Positions 35,535 to 45,160 are shown, numbered from the stretch's first letter. The stretch is DNA of 64,000 nt from Cenarchaeum sp. (GCA_965212015.1 OZ243037.1:1664001-1728000), one strand, 5' to 3'. Made by a program: numbers and translations. Notes: generated from the sequence alone by a model not told the origin.

Positions 35535-37444
35535 TATCTGATAATCTCCATTATCTTTTCTAGCCGTGAAGATTTCTTCATTATTTTGCCGCATCTTTTT
35601 AATTCCTTATGGTTGATCAGATTATAGTTTTCCATGCTTTGAAGCATTCTTTTCAGATCAGTGTCGTCCAGCGGTATGTCGTGCGTGTATTTTTCAACTA
35701 ATAGATCCACAAATGCCTTTTCGGGAGTCGCAATTGTAGAGCCTTTGATTGTACTGTATTCCCTTATAGCGATTATCCTGTCTATATTGTGTAATCCAAA
35801 CAGCGTGTTCAATGAACCAGGATCTGGTCTGTCCACTATAACAAAGCGGTCATTGAATTTTGACAGCAAATCTGTGATATATTCGCCTTTATCGGGCGTT
35901 GTATGGACGGTATAGACTAGTTTTCCTCTCATATTGTGAAGATATGGTGCCAGCGTGGATAATGCAGTAAATTGAAACTGAAATTCAAAATTCTCTTTTA
36001 GAAATTCATGCATGTCGATTAGCTCATTTACTAGATTATAATTCCTTAAATTTGGTGTCTTTGATTCCTTTGTTCTACTAACTATGGGTTTTTCTATATT
36101 TTTTGTCCATTTCTGTAAAAAATCACTCATTTCACGGTTTCGCTCTTTTATCAGCTCCTCAAACTCTGGCCTCTCTTCCAATAGTTTTGCCTCAGATGCA
36201 ATCATACCTATTAATAACAACGGGTTTTTTACAAACTTGAATGTATCATCTTTGCCATTTATAGTGATTTTGAGGTGTGAATTTTTCTTTTCGATTGTAT
36301 ACAATGGTTCATTTTCGAGTGGCCTTATGTCAATCTCTATCGGATTTTTACCTCCATTCATCATAAATGGCGTGGCATTTTCCAAAAGTTCCCGAGATAT
36401 CTTTGAGCGTATATTTGGCACTAGATGTTTTGCCGGAGATGATCCATCAAAATATCCTAGCACTGACTCTATGGATACTGTATCCGCACCCCTGGATCTT
36501 GACGAGTGCAATGTCTGCATGAACATTTTTGATTTACCAAACTCCTCCAAAGCCTCCCGGTATTCGGGACTTTCCTTGATGAATTCACTCTTGCTGAAAT
36601 TCACCGGAACGTGATCTAGGCTCAGCTCGCCCATAATCATAGAGTTTTCCGGATGTGCTGCAAACCCAAATTTGTCAAATGCTTTTATCAGCCTGTTATT
36701 TCGAAACAAATGAATCCCATAATTCCCTTTTATAGATCGTTTTTTTAACAGTGCTACATAACCGTGAATCTCTTTTCCAAAGGAAAGCTTGATCTTTATT
36801 TTTTTCTTGCTGGCCTCCACAATGGGGGGTTTCTCTGGCATGCACTTGACCGTATTGACATGTATGGAGACCTGTCCGGACTGTAGATATGGAGAATAAC
36901 GTATCCCGAAACCCTCCTTGAATTTTGAGACCTGATTTGGATACAATGACACGTTTAACTCGGTTACCGTTATCCTTGTCCCGTGCCAGTCCTCTTTTTT
37001 GTCCAGTATCTTCTCTGTAATGGTGAAATTCCGCCAGTTTTTTGATTTGTCTGACAGCCAGTCATTTTCATCATACACCGTCCTGTACTCTTTGCATGAT
37101 TTTACCTTTGAGGTAGTGATTGTAAACCTTTTTCCCAGTGACGAGCAGGCACTCTTCATTCCTATTCCAAATCGCCCAAGACTTTGTTCGGATTTTGTAT
37201 CTTTTGCAATAGTCATTGCATTTGTCAGATCGTCTTTGCTCATGCCTTGGCCATCGTCATTCACATGAATCTCTCTTGCCTCAAAGTCCAGACGGACCAG
37301 AATTTCCTCCTTTTTGCCTGGGATTCTTGCATCGATGGAATTATCCAAAAGCTCTGCAATGGCATATTCTGTCCGATACCCAACGAGACCGATCTTTTGT
37401 ATTAGGGACTTGTCAGGCGTAATATCAACCTGAATTTTGTTCAT
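35534..37444 (-). CDS. MORC-like GHKL ATPase fused to a C-terminal AbiEi-like antitoxin domain
   Basis: AELLDNSIDA, NDDGQGMS, GRFGIGMKSA, HGTRIT and an S5-like GIHLFRNNRLI...NFSKSEF; C-terminal FTALSTL...IATPEKAFVDLL. Confidence 0.75.
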   Translation of the reverse strand: MNKIQVDITPDKSLIQKIGLVGYRTEYAIAELLDNSIDARIPGKKEEILVRLDFEAREIHVNDDGQGMSKDDLTNAMTIAKDTKSEQSLGRFGIGMKSACSSLGKRFTITTSKVKSCKEYRTVYDENDWLSDKSKNWRNFTITEKILDKKEDWHGTRITVTELNVSLYPNQVSKFKEGFGIRYSPYLQSGQVSIHVNTVKCMPEKPPIVEASKKKIKIKLSFGKEIHGYVALLKKRSIKGNYGIHLFRNNRLIKAFDKFGFAAHPENSMIMGELSLDHVPVNFSKSEFIKESPEYREALEEFGKSKMFMQTLHSSRSRGADTVSIESVLGYFDGSSPAKHLVPNIRSKISRELLENATPFMMNGGKNPIEIDIRPLENEPLYTIEKKNSHLKITINGKDDTFKFVKNPLLLIGMIASEAKLLEERPEFEELIKERNREMSDFLQKWTKNIEKPIVSRTKESKTPNLRNYNLVNELIDMHEFLKENFEFQFQFTALSTLAPYLHNMRGKLVYTVHTTPDKGEYITDLLSKFNDRFVIVDRPDPGSLNTLFGLHNIDRIIAIREYSTIKGSTIATPEKAFVDLLVEKYTHDIPLDDTDLKRMLQSMENYNLINHKELKRCGKIMKKSSRLEKIMEIIR

Positions 37445-37502
37445 AATCTATGAATTTAGATCTAGAATTTAAGCGTTTTTATCGATTTATAGTCATGTAC
37501 GA

Positions 37503-37528
37503 TTATACGGTACAGCCATACCGTATAA
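37503..37528. promoter_or_regulatory. Perfect 10-6-10 inverted repeat upstream of the MORC-AbiEi gene
   Basis: TTATACGGTA-CAGCCA-TACCGTATAA. Confidence 0.65.
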
Positions 37529-37701
37529 CTGGAATATGGGCGATTTTCCGGATTTAACATCATTGCTTAAATATGCAGCCATAAGGGACTGCCAGCCTTG
37601 TACCGGCGCATATGCCACACAGGCTCCCTGATGCAACCACCGGCAGAAAAGCCCCCCATTTTACCTCAAAAGTTTTATGCCACACAAAATAACCATATCC
37701 A

Positions 37702-38529
37702 TTGTCCGAAGACGCCAAAACAACACTCGAAAAGGCAGACCAGCTCTTTGAGCATGAAAAATACGAGGCGGCGCTAAAACAGTATAACATTGTGCTAAAG
37801 GCCGACCCGGACAACATACCTGCCATAGTGAGCAAGGACATGGCATGCCTGCATCTCAAGAAAACAAACCCCGCCACACAGAAATTTCTAGACAGAAACA
37901 ACATGGATCCGCTAACGCTGTACATTATGGCCGCAAGAATGTTTAGCGACGCAAAGATGCACACAAAGGCAATCGACGCCCTCAGTATAATGGCGGCCAT
38001 ATTCCAGGACAACCATCTGGTATATCACAACCTGGGAATTGCGTTTGACGCCCATTACTCGGATAGCATGGACGAAAAACTGCTCGATGAGGCCATGCAG
38101 TGCTATGATCAGGCGCTAGAGATAAAGCCGGATTTCACCGATGCCGCACATAACAAGGCGCTCATACTTCAACAGCTGCAAAGGTTTGATCAGGCCATAA
38201 AGCACTGCGATAAAGTCCTCAAGTCGTGCCCGAACGACCCGACGATGCTTGAGCTTAAAGGCGCGACCCTGAACATCATGCACGAGTACAAAAAGGCCAT
38301 ACGGTGCCATAATATGGCGCTAAAGGCAAAACCCGACTCCATACCTGTCCGATATAACAAGGCCGTGACACTTTACCACCTGGGAAGGATGGAGGAGTCA
38401 CTCGACATGCTAGACGAGGCAGGCAGGATAGATCCGAATCTCGCAAACTATGCAAACCTGAGGGAAAACCTGGTAATCCAGCTGGGCTTTAACACCATGA
38501 GCGAGTACAAGAGCTATTCCGGCCGTTAA
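37702..38529 (+). CDS. Tetratricopeptide repeat protein (copy 1)
   Basis: Multiple TPR helix pairs (EAMQCYDQALEIKPD; AIKHCDKVLKSCPND). Confidence 0.9.
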   Translation: MSEDAKTTLEKADQLFEHEKYEAALKQYNIVLKADPDNIPAIVSKDMACLHLKKTNPATQKFLDRNNMDPLTLYIMAARMFSDAKMHTKAIDALSIMAAIFQDNHLVYHNLGIAFDAHYSDSMDEKLLDEAMQCYDQALEIKPDFTDAAHNKALILQQLQRFDQAIKHCDKVLKSCPNDPTMLELKGATLNIMHEYKKAIRCHNMALKAKPDSIPVRYNKAVTLYHLGRMEESLDMLDEAGRIDPNLANYANLRENLVIQLGFNTMSEYKSYSGR

Positions 38530-38581
38530 TGACTGTCGGCGCACAAACGAGCAGTCCAATAAACTTAATTCCCGTGAATAC

Positions 38582-39766
38582 GTGGCACAACTGTTGTCCG
38601 AATCAGAAGATCAGACCATACAAAGACTGCAACGAGATATCAGGGAGCAACGCAAAGAGCTCAGACAATTACGGCAAAAGGCCAGGAAAGCACACGAAAG
38701 AACCGAGCTGGAAAACGACAGACTATACAAGCAGGAAATGATGCAGAGCACGGGCAAGGGCAATCTCACGGAATGGGACAAATCCCAGCTCTGCGCCGTG
38801 ATCGAAAAGCTCGACGGTATAATTGCCGACAAGAAAAAACTATACATAATAGCAATGATGAGCCGCAAAAAGTTCGATTACCTCCTGGAGGAATTCACAA
38901 AAGAGGTCAAAAAACGCCCCGACGCGCCGGATTTTTTGGGCGACAAATCCCTGCCTGATGACAGGTATATGCTGCGCATAAGGCACGCACTGCTATTGGC
39001 ACTATTTGAGTGCGCCACTAGCATGGACCGGGATCTGACCGGCATGACACTCGTCATGAATCCGGATATGGCAGAGAGATATATCGGGTTTGCAAGCGCC
39101 ATACTGCGAGACATCCTGCCTACCGCAGCCAGAATCTCCCAAATCATACGGGATGCAAGAACCGTCGATGAAACAAGACACCTGGTTTCAGGAGCAAACG
39201 GCGGGGAGATAATATTATACGAGACGCACACGCCGCTAGACCGGGAGACAGACGAAGTGCACTATCCCGGCAGGAAAATCACATGTATGATGAGCAGTAC
39301 AATGGCCCTCAACAGTTCCGGACTAATCCTTGCGGCGACAATGCCGAGACAGGATTTGACGCACAATCCTGCCATATTAAGTGACGCTCTGGGGCCGCTG
39401 AGCCGCATCATGAAGGATCCGGACGCGCCAGAAACGGACAGGGTAACAATATACGGGGGCGAGGAATATCCCGGCATTGGCGACCTTCCAGGCATTCTCA
39501 TACACAGGCCTGTAAAGTCAAAAAACTCTAGACTGAACAGGATTCAGAAAAACGCAGGGCTTGATTATACAAGGGTAAAGACGCGCCTTGCAGAGCGCCT
39601 AAACAGGTACAAGGTACTGATAAACCCATACAATGACTCTGACGTCGTTTATAACGAGAATCATTCGGTGGTGACGGGACTGGCAAACTTTGAGCTGCTG
39701 TGGGATGAAGAGCAGGAGCGGCCAAAATACGAGCTTTTGCAGCCGGCGTCCAAACAATCAGAGTGA
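38582..39766 (+). mobile_element. IS5/DDE_Tnp_4-like transposase derivative; ORF intact, catalytic residues apparently lost
   Basis: RHALLLAL HTH region; ILYETHTPLDR, YPGRK, SSGLIL, IYGGEEYPGI, RLNRYKVL, GLANFELLWD. Confidence 0.6.
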
Positions 39767-39835
39767 TTCTCACAGGACGGCACTCATTCGGGGTACGGCG
39801 GGATCGTTTATTATGGCGTACATAAAGACCGAATC

Positions 39836-40663
39836 ATGCACAATACAGTTGCCATAATATGCGACTGCGACGACACCCTGGCGCCGGACACTACAAACTT
39901 TTTGCTGGAACAGAACGGAATAGATACGGACAAGTTCTGGCACAATATAGACGTCAATTTCACGCAAAAGGGCTGGGATCCCCCGCAGGCGTACCTGGGC
40001 GAGATTCTAAGCATGATAAAGACAGGCAGGATAAAACAAAACACGGCAGCCAAGATGAAGGCGCTTGCAGAAAAAGTCGAGCCGTACAACGGCGTAAACA
40101 CGTTCATCTCTGAGCTGCAGGAACGGACATCAAACGATCCCGGATTCATCAGGGCCGGGATAAACATAGAGGGGTATATCATCTCGTCTGGCATAGAGGA
40201 TTTACTGCGGGGATGCCTGTTTGCAGGACAGTTCAAGGATGTATTTGCCGGCAATTACGAGGTGGATAATGACGGCAAATATACTGCGATAAAGTCCACC
40301 TCCACGTTTACCGAAAAGACAAAGTTTCTTTACGCGATAAACAAGGGAATAGACGGCGAAAAACTGCGCAAGTACCCATATCTGGTAAACGACTCTATAG
40401 AAAAAAGCCAGAGGAGGATTCCCTTTGAGAACATGCTGTATATAGGCGACGGCCCGAGTGACATTCCGTGCTTTTCTGCGGTGCGAAGCAACGGCGGCCA
40501 CTGCATCGGGATAATGGACAAGAAAAACCCCAAAAAGGCCTACGAGCTGGCCAGCGGAAGGCGGACCAATTACGGGATTTATTCAGGCGACTTTGGGGCC
40601 GGCAGCGATCTCCGCCTGACCATAGATATCATCCTAGATGAGATAAGAAAAAGGGTCGCGTAA
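39836..40663 (+). CDS. HAD-superfamily hydrolase
   Basis: ICDCDDTLAP, IISSG, KTKFL, YIGDGPSDIPC. Confidence 0.85.
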   Translation: MHNTVAIICDCDDTLAPDTTNFLLEQNGIDTDKFWHNIDVNFTQKGWDPPQAYLGEILSMIKTGRIKQNTAAKMKALAEKVEPYNGVNTFISELQERTSNDPGFIRAGINIEGYIISSGIEDLLRGCLFAGQFKDVFAGNYEVDNDGKYTAIKSTSTFTEKTKFLYAINKGIDGEKLRKYPYLVNDSIEKSQRRIPFENMLYIGDGPSDIPCFSAVRSNGGHCIGIMDKKNPKKAYELASGRRTNYGIYSGDFGAGSDLRLTIDIILDEIRKRVA

Positions 40664-40775
40664 TCGAATGCCGGCGGGGATCAGACGTAACTGCCGGCCA
40701 AAAGGCCTGCGATCAGTGCACTGCCGCGGTTTTGGACACCTCAAAGATTTTATGCTAATACGATAACCTAGTCTG

Positions 40776-41606
40776 TTGGACAGCAAGCGGATCCAAAAAA
40801 TACTCCAAAAGGCAAACAAACTGGCCGATCTTGAGGAATACGAGTCTGCGATCAAAAACTATGACATGGTGCTGAAAATAGATCCGGCCAACATAGCTGC
40901 CATAGTGTGCAGGGACATGGCGTGCAGGCCCCTTAAAAAAACCAGCATTCACACGGAGCGTTTTTTCAAGAAATTCGACATGGACCTGCCAACGATGTAC
41001 CATCTGGGCGCGCAGATGCTTGTAGAACACAAGGAATATGCGATTGCCATCGACATATTTAATATAGTGGCAGAGATGCGCCCGGAGAACCACCTGGTGC
41101 ATTTTAACATGGGCGTTGCATTCTTTAACTATTCAAAAAAGAAAAAAAAGGACCTGCTTGCAAAGGCGTTAAAGTGCTATGAAAAGTCGTTGAAATTAAA
41201 GCCGGATTTTGTCAACGCCGCACACAACAAGACAGAGGTGCTTTTGTGCCTAAAGCGGTACGATCAGGCGATAAAACACTGCGACGAGCTTCTCGAGACG
41301 GACCCGAATGACACCAAGGCACTCGAGCAAAAGGCATTTAGTTTTGACTATACGTATGAATACCAAAAGGCCCTAGAGTGCTATGACAGAATGCTAGAGA
41401 TAAACCCCAAAAACGGGATAACCATGTACAACAAGTCCATATCGCTTTCCCACATGCGCAGGACAGAGGAGGCACTAGAGATGCTAGACCGGGCAGTCAG
41501 TTTTGAGCCCAGCCTAAAACGCAGTACAAGCCTCAGAAAATCGCTGACAGCTCAGCTGGAATACGAGAAATCGCTAAAGTCGCAACCCAACCTGGATTCC
41601 TCGTAA
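40776..41606 (+). CDS. Tetratricopeptide repeat protein (copy 2)
   Basis: Collinear paralog of 37702-38529 (AAHNK, DQAIKHCD, YNK). Confidence 0.9.
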   Translation: MDSKRIQKILQKANKLADLEEYESAIKNYDMVLKIDPANIAAIVCRDMACRPLKKTSIHTERFFKKFDMDLPTMYHLGAQMLVEHKEYAIAIDIFNIVAEMRPENHLVHFNMGVAFFNYSKKKKKDLLAKALKCYEKSLKLKPDFVNAAHNKTEVLLCLKRYDQAIKHCDELLETDPNDTKALEQKAFSFDYTYEYQKALECYDRMLEINPKNGITMYNKSISLSHMRRTEEALEMLDRAVSFEPSLKRSTSLRKSLTAQLEYEKSLKSQPNLDSS

Positions 41607-41657
41607 ATTACGGCCGTCCCGGCATGTACCGTTATGATTGGTGTTATCTGGATGCGG

Positions 41658-41873
41658 TCATCTTCGCTGGCTGTCCTTTTTGTCCCTGCCCTCGACTTTC
41701 CTGTGGCATTCGATGCAATAGATTCTGACGTTTTTCCAGTCATCATCGTGCGACTTGCCGTTTTTGTGGTGGACAGAGAGGCTGACCTCCGGAATCCGCC
41801 CTTTACACCTGTCGCATTCTGCCCTTAGATATCTCAGTATGGCAGTCTGATTGAAGCGCTTTCTGTCTGACAT
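41658..41873 (-). CDS. Small HNH endonuclease-like protein
   Basis: CDRC...SVHHKNG...DDDWKNVRIYCIECHRK. Confidence 0.75.
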   Translation of the reverse strand: MSDRKRFNQTAILRYLRAECDRCKGRIPEVSLSVHHKNGKSHDDDWKNVRIYCIECHRKVEGRDKKDSQRR

Positions 41874-42014
41874 TTCACGGATTAATGGATGCGGCAATTA
41901 TATTCCTTGCCGGAACAGGCACGGCTGCTCTGGGAGGCCCCAAAAACCACGCGGCAGTCCTCGCCAATGCAAAAACACCTTTTATAAAATGGGCAAAATC
42001 AGGACAGCTGTCAA

Positions 42015-43091
42015 ATGTTCATCCTAGAGCTGATTCAGGCCAACCTACTCACCCCGATAATACTGTTCTTTCTGTTCGGGATAATAGCTGCCCGGATAAA
42101 GTCCGACCTGAGAATCCCGGAGGCCATATCGGAATTTCTGCCCATATACCTGCTTGCGGCGATCGGACTACACGGGGGAATCGAGATGAGAAACAACGGC
42201 TTTGAGAACATGCTTGTCCCCATGCTAGTCGCAGTGGGCTTGTCCCTTCTGTTCACCATAAACCACTATCAGATACTGCGCAGGCTGGGAAAATTCAACG
42301 TCTTTGACTCTTATGCGCTGGCATCAACGTACGGCGCAGTGGGTGCAGTGACGTTTTCTGTAGGCCTGTCGTTTCTCAAGAACCAGGGCGTCTCATCGGA
42401 GGGCTATCTCACGGCAATCCTTGCGGTTCTAGAGCCTGCGGCGTTTATCATGGCGATATTTCTCACCAACGTGGCAGTATCCAAGCAGATGCGCGCAAAA
42501 AAGCAGTCGCTGCCAGACGGCATAGACATTGATACGGGGATGCAAAAAAGCAAGACAAGGCTCTCACAGGTATTGCACGAGTCAGTCACCGGCAAGGCCA
42601 TAGTGATACTTCTTGGCAGCATTGTAATTGGGTATATAATCGGCGAGGAGGGCTTTGGGCCGATCAGCATTGTGTTCGACGAGATGTTTGTCGGCGCCAT
42701 CGTGATATTCATGATAGAGATGGGAATAATCGCAGGACAGAGGCTCGATGACATCAAAAAGGTGGGCGTGTTTCTCTCTGCGTTTGCCGTACTGGTGCCC
42801 ACCTTTAACGGTATAGTGGGAGTGGTGGTGGCCACCGTAATCGGCCTGAGCCTGGGCGGCTCAGTAATGTTCGGGCTGCTGCTTGCCAGCGCGTCGTTCA
42901 TTGCCGCACCGGCAGTCCTGCGCCACGCAATACCTGAGGCAAAGCCGAGCCTGTACATAACGTCGGCGCTTGGAATCACGTTTCCGTACAACATTATAGT
43001 GCTGCTGCCCATAATGTTTACCGTCTCATCCATGCTGCACGATGCGGGATCGATAGCCTTATTCGGTATAATTACACAGGACGGGACATGA
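42015..43091 (+). CDS. sbtA: Sodium-dependent bicarbonate transporter
   Basis: KSDLRIP, YGAVGAVTF, EMG, ASASFIAAPA, LGITFPYN. Confidence 0.92.
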   Translation: MFILELIQANLLTPIILFFLFGIIAARIKSDLRIPEAISEFLPIYLLAAIGLHGGIEMRNNGFENMLVPMLVAVGLSLLFTINHYQILRRLGKFNVFDSYALASTYGAVGAVTFSVGLSFLKNQGVSSEGYLTAILAVLEPAAFIMAIFLTNVAVSKQMRAKKQSLPDGIDIDTGMQKSKTRLSQVLHESVTGKAIVILLGSIVIGYIIGEEGFGPISIVFDEMFVGAIVIFMIEMGIIAGQRLDDIKKVGVFLSAFAVLVPTFNGIVGVVVATVIGLSLGGSVMFGLLLASASFIAAPAVLRHAIPEAKPSLYITSALGITFPYNIIVLLPIMFTVSSMLHDAGSIALFGIITQDGT

Positions 43092-43390
43092 AGCTCTACA
43101 ACATAAAGCTGCTGACTGTCACCTGCGAGATTCTGGCGCAAAAAAACGTAATTGAAATCCTGAAAAGGCACAAGATTACGGGATATACCACCTACGAGGT
43201 GGAGGGCAACGGAGCCCGTGGCATGCGGGGCCGGGGATTCAAGAACGAAAAAAATGCAAAAATCGAGGTAATGATGAGGGAAAACATTCTCTCGGACGTG
43301 ATAGAAGAGATCTCGCGCACGCTGTTTGCCGACTTTGCCCTGGTGCTGTATGTGAGTGACATTGGAATAGTCAGGACCGAAAAGTTCTGA
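43088..43390 (+). CDS. sbtB: PII-like regulator SbtB
   Basis: KLLTVTCE, GYTTYEVEGNGARG, NAKIEV, VRTEKF; ATGA overlap with sbtA. Confidence 0.88.
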   Translation: MKLYNIKLLTVTCEILAQKNVIEILKRHKITGYTTYEVEGNGARGMRGRGFKNEKNAKIEVMMRENILSDVIEEISRTLFADFALVLYVSDIGIVRTEKF

Positions 43391-43432
43391 ACGGCAATAG
43401 GGCTATAAGCGGGGGTATATCACGCATGTTCA

Positions 43433-43561
43433 TTGAGTGATTGCGGCGTCTGCGGGGAGCATTTTGAGGACGAGGTCAGGTTTCTCAACCACATGATGGT
43501 AAAACACGGCTTTCGAAACCCCGAAATCGCAAAGCCCGACAGGAACAGCCGCGGCTACTAG
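43433..43561 (+). CDS. Small C2H2 zinc-finger protein (42 aa), missed by the ORF track
   Basis: TTG start; MSDCGVCGEHFEDEVRFLNHMMVKHGFRNPEIAKPDRNSRGY*; TATAAG about 25-30 bp upstream. Confidence 0.75.
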   Translation: MSDCGVCGEHFEDEVRFLNHMMVKHGFRNPEIAKPDRNSRGY

Positions 43562-45084
43562 CCTGACAGGTGCTCTATTATCAGCCTGACTCCAAACCCG
43601 GTGGCCCCCTTTGGGTTGTACGGCTTTGGCTTTGTAGGGGCCTGCGTCCATGCGGTTCCCGCAATGTCAAGATGCACCCACGGCACGTCGCCTATGGCGT
43701 TTTTCAGAAATGCGGCAGCCGCAATCGTTCCTGCCGCACGTCCTGTCCCCATGTTCTTCATGTCTGCCACACCGGACTTTATCATGTCCATATAGTCTGC
43801 GTTTAGGGGCAGCTGCCACACCTCTTCTGCCGTCCTGAGCGAAGCTTTCCTTATATTTCCGGCAAGTGAATCGTTATTGCTGACCATTCCGGCCACGTTT
43901 GTGCCGAGTGCCACAATGCACGCCCCGGTGAGCGTGGCAAAGTCTATCATCTCTTTTGGTTTGTAATGTTTTTCCCCGTACGCCATGGCATCGGCAAGTA
44001 TTAGCCTGCCTTCTGCGTCCGTGTTGAGTATCTCTGCTGTCTTGCCGCTGTACAGTCTTATAATGTCGCCCGGCCTGTACGACTCGCCGCCGGGCATGTT
44101 CTCCACTGCCGGTATTATCCCCACAATGTTCTTTTGGATTCCCAGATTAGCCGCCGTTTTCATTATTCCAAGGACCGTGCAGCCGCCGCACTTGTCAAAC
44201 TTCATCTCGTCCATCTTTTCTCCGGGCTTTAGGGATATGCCGCCGGTGTCAAACGTTACTGCCTTGCCCACCAGTATAGTCGGCTTTTGCCTGCCGGCCC
44301 CCTTGTATTCCATTATGATCAATACCGGCTCGTTTTTGCTTCCGCGGCCCACAGCAGAGATTCCGCCAAACCCTCTTTTTTGCAGCTCGGCCTTGCCGAG
44401 AATCCTGCATTTTAGCTTTGTGCCTGCGCACATTTTTTTTGCAATCCTTCCAAGTGCGTCCGGCGTGCACTCGTTTGGCGGCATGTTTCCAAGATCCTTT
44501 GCAAACATCACGCCTTCTGATATCCTTGCTGCCGTGCGCACGGCCTCTGTAATCTTTGGCGACTTTGGCGCAAGGATGGTAATCTTTGGCAGTGCCTGTT
44601 TTTTTCCAGACTTGTAAACATTATACGAATACAGGGACAGCCTTGCGCCCTCCGTTATTTGTGATGCTGCCAGTGCTTCATCGCACATGCCGGCCGGCAG
44701 CATGATTGAAAAATCCACCAGGTTCATCTCTTGGGCTTTTTTTGCAATCATTCCCGAGACAAACCGGAGCGTGTCACTTGTAATGTTCTTTTTTGCGCCA
44801 AGGCCTGCGGCCATGATCCTTTTGGCGGGCATTTCCCCGAGCGTGTTGAACGTGGCAATCTTGCCCATCTTTCCGCGCATCTCACCTGCGGCATCCCGTA
44901 TGGCGCGCTTGACTGCCGGGCTGACCCCGTCTAGTCCGATTATACTGTCCGTGCCCTCTAGGACAAACCCGCATAGCGCGGCAGTCTTTATTTTGGCCGG
45001 ATTAGTGGAGTCTGTGGCTATCCTGTGAATCTTTGTAGCCGGGAACGGCGTCTTTGTCATGCCTTTGGACACAGTATCCCACAT
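43558..45084 (-). CDS. pepA: Leucyl aminopeptidase (M17)
   Basis: VGKAVTFDTGG, MKFDKCG, NTDAEGRL, ATLTGA, HLDIAG. The true start may be slightly downstream. Confidence 0.95.
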   Translation of the reverse strand: MWDTVSKGMTKTPFPATKIHRIATDSTNPAKIKTAALCGFVLEGTDSIIGLDGVSPAVKRAIRDAAGEMRGKMGKIATFNTLGEMPAKRIMAAGLGAKKNITSDTLRFVSGMIAKKAQEMNLVDFSIMLPAGMCDEALAASQITEGARLSLYSYNVYKSGKKQALPKITILAPKSPKITEAVRTAARISEGVMFAKDLGNMPPNECTPDALGRIAKKMCAGTKLKCRILGKAELQKRGFGGISAVGRGSKNEPVLIIMEYKGAGRQKPTILVGKAVTFDTGGISLKPGEKMDEMKFDKCGGCTVLGIMKTAANLGIQKNIVGIIPAVENMPGGESYRPGDIIRLYSGKTAEILNTDAEGRLILADAMAYGEKHYKPKEMIDFATLTGACIVALGTNVAGMVSNNDSLAGNIRKASLRTAEEVWQLPLNADYMDMIKSGVADMKNMGTGRAAGTIAAAAFLKNAIGDVPWVHLDIAGTAWTQAPTKPKPYNPKGATGFGVRLIIEHLSG

Positions 45085-45160
45085 TTATTTCCCATTCCAT
45101 GCCTGTCCTGCTTTTTCAGGGCCGTGCGGCGGTGGAATCGTGGGTGATTTTTAGTCAAAC

